Assembly: GCF_001194135.2 (NCBI RefSeq)
Contig: NC_068991.1
Location: forward strand, 22,856,172-22,895,914
Reading direction: 5' to 3'
Origin: Octopus bimaculoides
Lineage: Eukaryota
DNA length: 39,743 bases
The stretch's first letter is position 1. The number at the start of each line of letters is the position of its first letter. Under the pieces are notes generated by a model. The model was not told where the DNA came from, made no database searches, and saw only the letters and a list, made by a program, of their open reading frames with translations. A program made the position numbers and the translations under genes. Shown here in pieces: positions 1 to 11,140 of this stretch.

Positions 1-519
1 CAAAATTAGAAAATTATCATTAGTATTATTAGTTACTCATGCAGAGACAAAGAAATTGATATAAGCAAATTAGCAATTTAAAAGAAAAAAAATTATTAAA
101 AACAGCAAAATCTTAAATTCCTAAAATTTATAACCTTGATAATAATGTGTTTTTTCATTCATAATAATTTCTTTTACTTGCCACATGGACAACAGATGAA
201 GGATATATAACAAAAATAAATTACAGACGGTGGGAAAGGGCTTATGTAGAATGAAAAAGAGAAATTAAACAAGAATTTTTTTAATAGAAAATTTATTATT
301 GATGGAAGATTTTTAGATGATTACAATTAATCTAAAAGTCAATATTTACTAATGTATGTTTTAATATCATTAATATTATTATTATTATTATTATTATAAG
401 TCACACAAAGACTTGTAGAGAAATTAACACACACTAAAGGCTAGGGAAAAAAAAAGAAACAGAAAAATGAAATAACTTTTAAATCCTGATTTTTTTTTTC
501 TTTTTTGCATTTAAAAATT

Positions 520-905
520 TATTATTTATTACAAGGATAACAAGTGAAGAAGACATTACACAGACATATTAAACACGAACAGGGGAAAGAATGCAGAATT
601 TATTAAGAAAAAATATACGTGGAAAACAAAAGTTTACAAAAAGCACAAAATAAGATGTCGCAAAATTGGGGAAAGCCACCCAAAGTCAATGAAGGGTCCT
701 CCATAAATCATGGATTACTCTAACTCCCCAAGCTGTTTTCAGCCAACATGCTGAAAGTAAGCATTTCCACAGAGGTCATTCTTACTATTCCCACTCACCT
801 TTCAGTAGATTCCCTGTAGAACACTTCACTTCCCACTCTCACCTTCCTCTCCAAATAGAATTTGGAGAAGCTGATAAGGGCTTAACCAATGAGAAAAGTG
901 TCTAT
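520..905 (-). mobile_element. Degraded 3' end of a probable L1/Tx1-like LINE
   Basis: Minus-strand translation LISFSKFYLERKVRVGSEVFYRESTER*VGIVRM resembles Tx1-type ORF2 C-termini (from recall), followed by a T-rich UTR ending in aataaataataaa. Confidence 0.4.
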
Positions 906-1252
906 TTTCAGACCTTTCAATTTCCATGCTTACAATATCTTATGTTGAAACAAAGCTGCACATTCATAGGGTAGATGAACAGTCAATGAATCAAGCTTGT
1001 ATATTATGACTGACAAGCATTAAGATTATTGACCCCCCCCCCCTAGTGATGAAAGGTAGAATTGTTCTTGACAAGATTTTAACTCAGAATATTGCAAAAC
1101 GAAACTAGATACTGTCAGGAATGTAGTTCGCTACTCAACTATTTCATTCAATTCACTACCCTAATAATAAACTGACAGTTATTTTGAAAAGTTTAAGACT
1201 GTTGGAAGTTTATAGGATTCTATTAAATACATAATTTCTTTTGAAATTGTAT

Positions 1253-1607
1253 NNNNNNNNNNNNNNNNNNNNNNNNNNNNNNNNNNNNNNNNNNNNNNNN
1301 NNNNNNNNNNNNNNNNNNNNNNNNNNNNNNNNNNNNNNNNNNNNNNNNNNNNNNNNNNNNNNNNNNNNNNNNNNNNNNNNNNNNNNNNNNNNNNNNNNNN
1401 NNNNNNNNNNNNNNNNNNNNNNNNNNNNNNNNNNNNNNNNNNNNNNNNNNNNNNNNNNNNNNNNNNNNNNNNNNNNNNNNNNNNNNNNNNNNNNNNNNNN
1501 NNNNNNNNNNNNNNNNNNNNNNNNNNNNNNNNNNNNNNNNNNNNNNNNNNNNNNNNNNNNNNNNNNNNNNNNNNNNNNNNNNNNNNNNNNNNNNNNNNNN
1601 NNNNNNN
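1253..1607. other. Assembly gap (N run) followed by (TA)n
   Basis: 355 N; ORFs 1179-1691 and 1241-1642 are gap artefacts. Confidence 0.99.
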
Positions 1608-1789
1608 TATATATATATATATATATCTGTAAAAATATGTGAGACTTATTTGGTAGCCATGATAAAACTCCAAGTTTCGGATGCCGATCATGTCTACCGA
1701 ATAAGTGTCACATATTTTTACAGATAAATTCCTCTATTTACATAATATCGAGGTCTCTTTCTTTCTTTTGTTGTCCTTTCCATCAATAT

Positions 1790-2865
1790 ATATATATCGC
1801 CAACTTTCTAGATGTTGCAAAAATCTATTGAATACAAAATTCAGATGGAATTGTAAGGCTCTGGCAAGAATATTTCAACTACTCTATCAAAGAGAGAAAA
1901 AAAAACATTCTAAACATTTGGACCACTATAAGAACATTGCAATTCATCCAATGGGTTCAAAACATTACCAATGATGATCCCAGAAAATTGATGAGAGCCA
2001 TCACCAATGATCTTTAGGTGTCATAATGGACTATCAGAACTGTGGAGCTTGAGGACAGACAATGCTGTGTACTGAGGGGAAGCCAATTCATGTCTCCAAA
2101 GACACAGAAAAACTGTTTGATCAATACCAAGCCATTGCTTAACAAGGTTAAAAATCCTCACAAACATGGCATGCTTTGGTTCTTCTCTGCTAGGTAAAAC
2201 TTCGACCAAGGCCAAAAATCTAGCAGAAGAAATGACAGATGGCTATGTGTAGATCCTTCTGATGTTCAGAGTGATGTTCACTAAGTTTCCAGCAACTGTG
2301 AAGGTTTTAGAAGTGATGAGTAATGTGAGGGTCATGTCAGGCCATCTCACATCTTTCCACAAGCTCTTAGAATTAATGCTGCTAGATACGACAAGGTGCT
2401 AGAGACAGCCGTTAAGGCCTGAATGGGTAAAATACAGTGGCAGACCATATGTGTTCCAATGAGACTCAGCACCTTCTCACAAAGCTGATGCAACTCAAGA
2501 ATGGATGTCTTCATAATCATGGAACACCAAACTTGTATCCTCTAAACTCACTAGATTCCAGTCCCATTGACTTACTATATATGAAGCGTTGTTGAAAGAG
2601 TGACTAATCAATGATCCTACAACATCATAGCTATGCTAAAGGCCAACAAAGTCAGGTGGTGTCTGAAATGAATACAGACCATTTAGTACAAGCTTGTCAA
2701 TGAATCTGATCCCGCACTGAAGCAATCATCAAACCAGAAGCTAGATTCATAGAATAATCTTATAAGAAAGCTTATCGAGAACATGTACACAAATATATTT
2801 GGTTTTTGCCAGATTAGAGTTGTTTTATTAAATTACCAAGCATGTCCTCAAATACCTCTTGTAAC
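1790..2865 (+). mobile_element. Decayed Tc1/mariner transposase, maT (DD37D)-like
   Basis: Frameshifted segments read DDPRKLMRAITNDL, LLNKVKNPHKHGMLWFFS, NFDQGQK..RNDRWLC, TKFPATV, HIFPQALRINAA, Q*DSAPSHKA, NSLDSSPID, ending FIE* near 2757. The 37-residue spacing is inferred because deletions fall in that interval; TIRs not resolved. Confidence 0.8.
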
Positions 2866-2878
2866 CTGATGATGATGA

Positions 2879-2920
<42 letters not shown>

Positions 2921-2922
<2 letters not shown>

Positions 2923-3230
2923 TCATTTAATGTCCATCTTCCATGCATGCATGGGTAGGATAGCTGGTAGGAGCCAGCCAAGTAGAAAAACTACTCTAGG
3001 TTACTGTGTATGTTTTGGCAGGGATTTTATGGCTGGATGCCCTTCCTAACACCAACCACCACCCTGCAGAGTGGACTCAGTGCTTTTACATGGCACTAGC
3101 ACAGGTGGAGTTAGTTTTGGCATGATTTTTACAGCTGGATGCTCTTCCAAATGCCAACCACGTTACAGTGTGGACTGGATACTTTTAATGTAACACCAGC
3201 ACTGGCAGGGTAACCAAGTAACTCACAAGG
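2921..3230 (-). repeat. RTE-type 3'-tail repeat with an internal ~100-bp duplication
   Basis: Reverse complement of the tail at 31630-31820 (ctggatgcccttcctaac..caaccac; catcatttaatgtcc); core duplicated at ~3024-3105 and ~3125-3205; abuts (GAT)n/(AT)n at 2866-2920. Confidence 0.7.
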
Positions 3231-3442
3231 CAAGGAATTTTGAGAGGAGTAAAACATTTGAGGAGGGGAACTTGTGTCAGATGATGAAAAGTTAGAGTGT
3301 GATAAAGTGACAGAGAGACAAAAGCAGGTGTCTTGCCACAACAGAGGGAGCATTAGACAAGGTGATCCAGTATCAAATGATGAAAGGTTAGAGTGTAACA
3401 GAAAAATAGAGAGGCAGAAATCGGTGCCTTGCTTACCCAATG

Positions 3443-3481
3443 AGAGAGAGAGAGTGTGAGAGAGAGAGAGAGAGAGAGAGA
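3443..3481. repeat. (GA)n microsatellite
   Basis: Directly visible; explains ORF 3129-3506. Confidence 0.95.
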
Positions 3482-3849
3482 GGTACAAGAAAGAGGCCAG
3501 AAACAAGTGTGCTGATGTAAAGGTGATACTTGGTTACGTAGTCAGAGGAAAAACAAGAGAAGGAGAGAGTAAGAAACAGTAAAAGTGTAAGAAAGAGCAG
3601 AAGGGAAATGGTGTAATGCTAGGATATACTCACAAGTAAAAAAAAAATGAGTGTAGAACCTGGTTAGAAAAATAGGATGTGAGTGTGGAGGGGGGGAGCA
3701 GCAATACAGTAAGCAGGGCAGTAAGGGCAAGAAAGGGGATTGGAAAACAATCATAATTTATGAAAAGGAAATGTGAGGAAGAGAAAGATGCAGTTAGAAG
3801 AGAAGTTGTAGTTCGGTTTCTTAGGGTAGAGTGAGTAAAAAGTGTGTTG

Positions 3850-5045
3850 TTACATGTGGGTGGGACACAACTCTCTTAGCACTCAGTTTCATGGATGGGT
3901 CTTCTCTAGGACCTCATATCACCAAACATCTCAGTCCACTGTCATTTCCTCCATGAGCCCCAACATCCTAAAATTAGTCCTCACCACTTCATCCCATACC
4001 TTCCTGGGTGTCTCTCTTCCACAGATACTATCCTTTTCAACAACAGGCACTTCTGTATACAGCGTCTTCACTCATACGCATCACATGTCCAAACCAATGC
4101 AGTCTCCTCTCCTGCATACCACATTTAATCCCTCTTATGCCTAACTTTTCTCTCAACACAGTTGTGCTTTGTCGGCCATGCTTACTGATGTTGCAAATCC
4201 AACGCAGCATACTACCTTCATTCCACTCCAGTCTACATATGTTCTCTGTAGTCAGTGCCCATGTAATCTAGGTATTTTCACACAAGCATCATACAATCTA
4301 CCTTTCACTCTAATTGAGAGTGCTTTTGCTGCCAACAGAGGTAGTAGTTCTCTGAATTTCCTCCACTCTATTTGTATTCTAGAAACAATATTTTCAGAGC
4401 ATCTACCACCGTTACTAATTTGGTCACCTAAATAGCAGAAATTATCTACTACCTCAAGAGAGCCCCCTGAGCATTTGAGAGAGTTTAAGTCCCTCACGTT
4501 CTTAGTACTTACTGTTCCTGTGCATCTGCTACACATGAAAGTGACCTTCCCACAATTCCACTGCATCTCTTATGCAGCCATAGTTTACATTTGATACAGC
4601 GAATGGAATTACATCCCACTCTTTGCCTACATATTAAACAGGGCCATTTGCCAGCTAGAATGGCAGTCTTATCTCCTTTCTCACTAACAACAACTTTAGT
4701 CTTAGCTAAGTTAACTTTAAGGCCCTTTGATTCCAGGTTTTGCTTCCAAACCTGGAACTTCCTCTCTAATTCTGCTTCAGATTCTGCAATAAGAGCTAGA
4801 TCATCAGCATATAGTAGTTCCCATGGGCATCCAGTTTTGAATTCACCTGCTATGGCCTGAAAAACTATGATAAATAAGAGCTGACTAAGAACTGATCCCT
4901 GATGTACTCTAACTCCTTTCCATCTCACTTCTTGCACACCACACACATCGACATGATGGCGCTCCAACATTTCGACAATCTCAACAGATCTCTCCTTCAT
5001 TGTGCCAACATTGATGTTTGTGGCCCTAAAATTGTATACTTGGGA
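3850..5045 (-). mobile_element. RTE-clade LINE relic, internally deleted (endonuclease N-terminus fused to RT C-half)
   Basis: NVGTMKERSVEIVEMLERHHVDVCGVQEVRWKG (APE start) runs in frame into VHQGSVLS...LLYADDLALIAE...GLKVNLAKTK, a PHD-like Cys/His block, then NFCYLGD...WRKFRELLPLL...VKGRLYDACV and degraded C-terminus to ~3890. Confidence 0.92.
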
Positions 5046-5227
5046 GAGACAACAGGAAGGTAGTTGATGAGGGACTTTGTTTTTGAAAAGATCTGAGTAA
5101 ATGTTTGCCAGGTAGTGTAGTGTACATCATGAATTTGATTCAATGAAGTATAATTCTTCTCTCCCTCCCATACAGTATCCAGATGCTGACTGTGGGATGA
5201 GGAGGGCATGATGTGGCCTTGTATGTC

Positions 5228-5551
5228 TTGCCTGCCGACTGGTTCCTGTGCCGGTGGCACGTAAAAAGCACCATCCGAATGTGGTCAATACCAGTCCCCT
5301 GCCGACTGGTTCCTGTGCCAGTGGCACGGAAAAAGCACCATCCGAACATGGTCAATGCCAGTGCTGCTTGACTGGCTCCCATTCCAGTGGCACATAAAAA
5401 GCACCCACTACACTCTCCAGCTGTAGAAACCTCACCAGATCAGACTGGAGCCTGGTGCAGCCTACTGGCTTGCCACTCCCCAGTCAAACCATCCAACCCA
5501 TGCCAGTATGAAAAATGGACATTAAACGATGATGATGATGATGATGATGAT
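5228..5551 (+). repeat. RTE 3'-UTR fragment with three ~67-bp tandem units and (GAT)n tail
   Basis: Units start at 5231, 5298, 5364 (ctgccgactggttcctgtgcc.gtggcacg.aaaaagcacc); remainder matches the 3' end of the RTE at 31630-31820 and ends ttaaac(gat)n. Confidence 0.85.
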
Positions 5552-5754
5552 ATACCTTGCCACAGCATGTATTCAATTCAATGAAGTACAATTTACTGAC
5601 TCCCATACAGCATCCAAATTAAGACCCAGTAGATAGAGGGGTTAGAAGGGCATGAAAGTAGTCATATATGTCCATTCATACATACCCAGTATGTATGTAT
5701 GTATATTTTTCATCTTTTACTTGTTTCCTGTCATATTTATATATATGAATGTGT

Positions 5755-6005
5755 GTGTGTACTTGTAAGTACCCTTGTCTTGACATTATGTGTTAATTGT
5801 AATGAGTATCACCAACATACAAGTGATATTGTTCAATTCCCTTCTTCTGTGAATAACGAATACTTACAGCAAAATATTACTTTGCTTGGAAACAGTTGAG
5901 GGTTGGTAACAGGAAAGGTGTCTGGTCATAGAAAGTCTGCTTTAACAAATTCTGAATGGCCCATACATGCATGAGAAAGTGGTCATTAAATGATGATGAT
6001 GATAA

Positions 6006-6009
<4 letters not shown>
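5755..6009 (+). repeat. SINE-like body ending in an RTE-type (GAT)n tail
   Basis: ggttggtaacaggaaaggtgtctggtcatagaaa...cccatacatgcatgagaaagtggtcattaaatgatgatgat resembles RTE 3' end; upstream part is not RTE coding. Confidence 0.55.
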
Positions 6010-6049
<40 letters not shown>

Positions 6050-6062
6050 CACACATATACAT

Positions 6063-6165
6063 ATCTGGTCAGCCCAGGGCTATAACAGAAGGCATTTTCC
6101 AAATGTGCCACACTGTGGGACTGAAGCCATGGTTGGAAGCAAGCTTCTTAACCATTCAACCAGGT
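6063..6165 (-). repeat. Head fragment of the SINE family at 32352 and 37351
   Basis: Reverse complement of ggtaagaagcttgcttcccaaccacatgg...cagtcccac..gtggca..ttgg...tctgttatagccc. Confidence 0.65.
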
Positions 6166-6410
6166 CTGAACATTAAAAGATGATGATGATGATATGTCTG
6201 TGGGAAATTTGGGAATATGATGGTGAAATATGATCACAAGATGTTATGTCTGATAAATAAAATTAGAGAGAGAGCTGTAGCAACTAGTAATATGTGGTTC
6301 TGTAGAAGACCTGACCTCCCACATAGGCTTGGCAAAATACTTGCTGAAATAGTGGGATGGTGCACACACACACACACATTTTCTATTGTACTGTGTTCAC
6401 ATCACCCACT

Positions 6411-6796
6411 GTGGAGGCGCAATGGCCCAGTGGTTAGGGCAGCGGATACGCGGTCATAGGATCGCGGTTTCGATTCCCAGACCAGGCAGTGTGAGTGTTT
6501 ATTGAGTGAAAACACCTAAAGCTCCACAAGGCTCCAGCAGGAGATGGTGGCGAACCCTGCTGTACTCTTTCACCACAACTTTCTCTCACTCTTACTTCCT
6601 GTTTCTGTTGTGCCTGTTATTCAAAGGGCCAGCCTTGTCACACTCTGTGTCACGCTGAATGTCCCCAAGAACTACATTAAGGGTACACGTGTCTGTGGAG
6701 TGCTCAGCCACTTGCACGTTAATTTCACAAGCAGGCTGTTCTATTGATCAGATCAACTGGAACCCTCCACGTCGTAAGCGACGGAGTGCCAACAAC
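6411..6796 (+). mobile_element. tRNA-derived SINE, (AAC)n-tailed family, copy 1
   Basis: A box tggcccagtgg, B box-like ggtttcgattccc; tail gccaacaac; flanking duplication acatcacccact (6399-6410, 6795-6806); close copies at 23340 and 38057. Confidence 0.92.
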
Positions 6797-6866
6797 ATCA
6801 CCCACTAATTATTGCCACACCCACTATATCAATTCTATCTCTGTCATCTCATCTACTCACGAAAAC

Positions 6867-7108
6867 CAGTCGTTCTCAAATGGGGTCCATATAAGATTTT
6901 GCTGTTAAAAGTTATGTGCAATAAGTTGGTTACATACTTCTACAATACGCAAAATATTTTTAACAAGGTTGTTTTATACAATTCCTAGCAATTTTTAATT
7001 ATAAAAATATAATATGACTTTTTTTTAAACATTAAATGGCTATGAAGGTACATCCAAGTAAAAGAGGAATTGCATGGGTCCATAGGTGAAAATAGTTGGG
7101 AACCACTG
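6867..7108. mobile_element. hAT/Charlie-like MITE
   Basis: Termini cagtcgttctcaaa ... gttgggaaccactg resemble the CAGTGGTTCYCAAC hAT TIR; gggtccat repeated near both ends; 8-bp TSD only partly preserved. Confidence 0.55.
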
Positions 7109-7535
7109 CACCAAACCATGTAACTCATAATTTGTCAAGAAAGCACTCAATTTGTGCTTGCTAAATAACTTCATCTTACATATCTTCACCATAAATATCC
7201 TGCTACCCCTTTCTCCCCTGTCTGTCCAATTCATTTTGCTTGTGTAGGAGGGGATTGAACTCTGGCAGCTTTTACTTGCCTTCCCTGATCCTCCTTTCAT
7301 CACACTCTCTTCAACATGTTACCTTGAGAATATGCTCTGACTCCTCTTCATCTTCTCTCTCCTCCATGCAGCACTGTACCCACCCATATATAACATAGGG
7401 TAGCACTGCATCTTCTGCTCAGTCCACCATATCATTCACGTCAATCTTTGACTCTCCCCCTCATTAATCCTCAAACAATTTTCATTTTTCTTCCTATTAT
7501 CCCATCCCTAACACCACCTCTGTTAGTCTATCCCC

Positions 7536-7567
<32 letters not shown>

Positions 7568-7974
7568 AACAATGCCTGTGTTACTCCAATAAGAACTGCA
7601 TTGGACCTTAATGAAATGCAAGCATGACAAGCAGACCAGCTCACTCTATCACTGATTCCACTTACTCAACCCATACTATCACTATTATCACTTTATCTTC
7701 TTCTCTTTCACAGTAATTTCAAGCAACACTCTTTCTCTTCCCCTCTCCCTCTATTCTTCCAACCCTTCATACAGTTCCCTCTGTTATTCTCTCTACTACA
7801 GACTTCATACAACAATAAATCTGTTCCATCCATTATGAGGGTTCTCTTTCACCTTGCAAACCCAAGGTGACCCCCATCAATGCTGCTGCAACACTGTAAG
7901 TGAATGGTAAAGCAGCTTGATTAGCAACAACACAAGACTAGAGAGGGCTCTATGATCTTGCCAATAGCAAGGCA

Positions 7975-8158
7975 ACCTTTTTAGTGCTGGTGCCATGATA
8001 AAATTCACTCAATACACTCTGTAAAGAGGATGGTACTGGGAAGTGCATCCAGCCATAGAAACCATGCCAAAACTGGGACATTGGAGCAAGGTGTTGTCCT
8101 CTGATCCAATGGATCCTGCCAAACTGTTCAACCCATACCAGTCGTAAAATGATGATGA
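7975..8158 (+). repeat. RTE-type 3'-tail repeat
   Basis: aatacactctg...gcatccagccatagaaaccatgcc...caacccataccag...aaaatgatgatgat. Confidence 0.65.
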
Positions 8159-8204
8159 TTTTATATGTGTGTGTGTGTGTATACATATACATATGTTTGA
8201 GTGT

Positions 8205-8420
8205 GTGTGTGTGTGTATTTGTTTCCTACCACTACTTGACAACCAGTGTAGGTGTGTTTACATCCTTATACATCAGCAGTTCAGCAAAAGAGACCAATAG
8301 AATAAGTACCAGGATTAAAAAAAAAAAAATAAGTACTGTAGTTGATTTATTCAACTAAAACATTTTCAAGGCAGTGCCCCAGCATGGCCACAGTCTAATG
8401 ACTGAACAAGTAACAGAGAA
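8205..8420 (+). repeat. 3' half of the SINE family at 32352/37351
   Basis: cttgacaaccagtgt.ggtgtgtttacatcc...agcaaaagagaccaatagaataagtaccagg...ccagcatggccacagtc.aatgactgaacaagtaa. Confidence 0.8.
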
Positions 8421-8439
8421 TAGATAATATATATATATA

Positions 8440-9758
8440 CAGGGTCATAGAAAACGGTTTCTGTGATTTTAGTTGTCAATTGCACAAGCTGTAAGCAAGC
8501 GATTTGTATGAAATCAGCATGGGACTATATAACAACTGTAGGAGTTTTGATATTTGCCACTGCATTGACCTTGAAATCAGTATTTCACTAGCGAACATCT
8601 GGCCAATCACTCCACAGCAATTTTGGCAGCTGTACAGCAGGAAGCACAGTGTGTGTTGTGGCACACTGAGTTTAAGTCAATTGTTTTAGTGCAACAGCAT
8701 ACTTATAGACAAGGTCCACTTACAGACAAAACTATTGTTTGGTGGCATAACCAGTTTAAAGAAACTGGAAATGTAAACATTAAGAAATCTCCAGGCCGAC
8801 CACGCACATTGGAAGAGAGTGTAGAGCATTTGAGACTGTCATTTGAGACTAAGAAGTCCATCACTCGACACAGTTTGGAACTTCGTATGCCTAAAACAAT
8901 TCCAAATGTGCTGTATAAATGCCTAAGACCGCATGCTTACAAAATTCAAATCAGAGATAAAATTAAGAAGACAGATAGGCCTAAACATGTTGAATTTGCT
9001 GCAACAGTGCTGAGAGGAATTGATGACGATGATTTTTATTTAGAATTTTATTTAGCGATGAAGCAACATTCCACATAAATGATTGTGTTAACCAACATAA
9101 CAGTTGGATATGGGAAACTCAGCAACCCAATAAAGCTTTCCAGTACATCTGTGATTCGCCCAAGGTTAATGTGTGGTGTGGACTCCTGCACGATCATGTT
9201 GTCAGCCCTTTCATGTTTGCAGAAAATACGATTGTGAGCAGTAGTTACTTGGACATGCTAGAAATTTGTATTCCCTCAAATTGCAGACATTGAAAGAGAA
9301 AAGAGAATAAGTGTAATTTTCCAGCAGGACAAAGCACCAGCTCACTACAGCCATAATGTGCAACAAGCTCTCAACAACAGCTTCCCTGGCCATTGGATTA
9401 GAAGGAATGGTCCTGTTTTGTGGCCACCTAGAAGCCCTACTATGGACTTTTTCTTTTGGGGTTATCTTAAGAACATTGTCTATGCAGAAATAATCTGGGA
9501 TCTGCAACATCTAAGAGAGAGAATCCATGCAGCGATAGAGACTGTGAATCCTGATATGATTCAGTGCACCTGGAGAGAGGTCGACTATTGCTTAAATGTT
9601 TGCTGTACAACAAAGGAGCTAATATCGAAACCTACTGAAGTAATGTAAGAAACATTTAAAATTTTCTGTATGTTTTGGTGTACAAATAAATAGTATACCT
9701 TTAATACAGACTTGGTTATTTCATTTTGAAATCACGGAAACCTTTTTCGATGACCCTG
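8440..9758 (+). mobile_element. Full-length, inactive Tc1/mariner element, rosa (DD41D)-like
   Basis: 30-bp TIRs cagggtcatagaaaacggtttctgtgattt / aaatcacggaaacctttttcgatgaccctg (3 mismatches), TA on both sides; transposase fragments FKETGNV..KKSPGRPRT, SPKVNVWCG, FQQDKAPAHY...WPPRSPTMDFFFWGYLK. Spacing is 38 here, 41 if the family motif SPDLTPxD is restored. Confidence 0.9.
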
Positions 9759-9940
9759 TACATGTAAATATAGACACACACACACACACACCTTTGTATT
9801 AGTGGCTTCACTGAGAGATGTGTTATCTGAAGTTTCTCAGATGCAAAAAATGTTTAACTATTCCGAGCTTACTTCTCTGTATATTTATGTAAGTGTCTAT
9901 CTATGTGTGTGTATATATGCAAGTGTGTATGTATCCATAT

Positions 9941-9941
9941 G

Positions 9942-10010
<69 letters not shown>
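9941..10010. repeat. (GT)n(AT)n compound microsatellite
   Basis: Directly visible. Confidence 0.95.
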
Positions 10011-10012
<2 letters not shown>

Positions 10013-10925
10013 TTTAACATATTCAAGTATTACCTATCAGTATTTTCAAAATAATTAAGTAATTCATTTTATTGTCCATTCCATAAAATTGACCTCAATG
10101 CAAAAGATGTCCCAAATCTTGACCACCCATTTAACATGAGGTTTGCTGCAGCCTTCTGGAAAATTTGAAAAATGTTTACTGCTCAAATACCAGAGTATGA
10201 AAAAATAAGTTTTAAAAATCCTTCAGTGGCTCATGATATTGAAAATAGGCCAGAAAAAAGGAAAATGTTTTTAGAAAAAGAACAACAGTAAGTAACTTTT
10301 TAGTTTCTAAATCATTCATGTGGTTAATTTTGTTAGTAGATTGTGTTGGTGAAGATATGCCGCTAAGTAAAAAATAAATATTATTATTTAAATAATGGTG
10401 TGTGGGTGTGTGGGTGTGTGGGTGTGTGTGTGTGTGTGTGCATGCGCCATAGAGTTAGGCAGTCCTTTCTAAAGAACAGGAAAATTGAAAGTTACTTAGG
10501 AAGAGGCAAAAATTAACAGATATTAGGACAAAATAAATGGTGTATGGGGTGAAAAGGTAATATTCCTAAGTGAGATAGAGTTCATACTGAGGCCACTAAA
10601 ACTATGATTAGCACACTGAAAAACAGAGAATGTTTACAACTAAAGGAAACTTTTAAATAGTATGTAATTTCTTTGTGCACATCTCACCTCACTGATTTGC
10701 TTAGTGTCATATCTATATCTTAGGTCTATTCAAACAGTAATGTCCAAAGAGAGTTACATTACAAGTGTTAAATCTCTCTTAGCAATTGAGAGACTTATTG
10801 ATAAGAACTACATGATGTAAGACTCAAACCATAAAAGGAATGATTCCCTCTCGTATTTTAGGTTGTCAATCCATATGATCTACACCTGAAATGACAAAAT
10901 AGTGACCATATGTTTTAAGCCTTAA

Positions 10926-11140
10926 CCCTTTTGATACCAACACACCTGAGATTGTTCCTGATTCTATGACACAAACTTTCTGTTTTAAAGTTGCCTAAAT
11001 TAAAACTTGCCATCAGAACTTCATGTTATGTTCCAAACACCAGCTTAATAATAATGACAAAGCTACTAAATTCTTCACTGTTTTCAACATTAATTGAAAC
11101 CAATGCAGTGGATTTCAACAGAAATGTAATAACAAAAGGG
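10926..11140. mobile_element. piggyBac-type MITE, family 1, copy 1
   Basis: ttaa|cccttttgatacc ... aacaaaaggg|gtaa; diverged inverted copy at 22086-22304. Confidence 0.7.

Noticed and set aside
5231-5410. 67-bp tandem units as CRISPR or ncRNA array
   Set aside because: No unique spacers; the motif is part of the RTE 3' UTR also seen near 31560-31650.
6411-6490. tRNA gene
   Set aside because: tRNA-like head continues into a 300-bp SINE body with tail and TSD; same for the other copies.
7200-7530. Possible very old RTE C-terminal remnant on minus strand
   Set aside because: Too degraded for me to recover convincing motifs.
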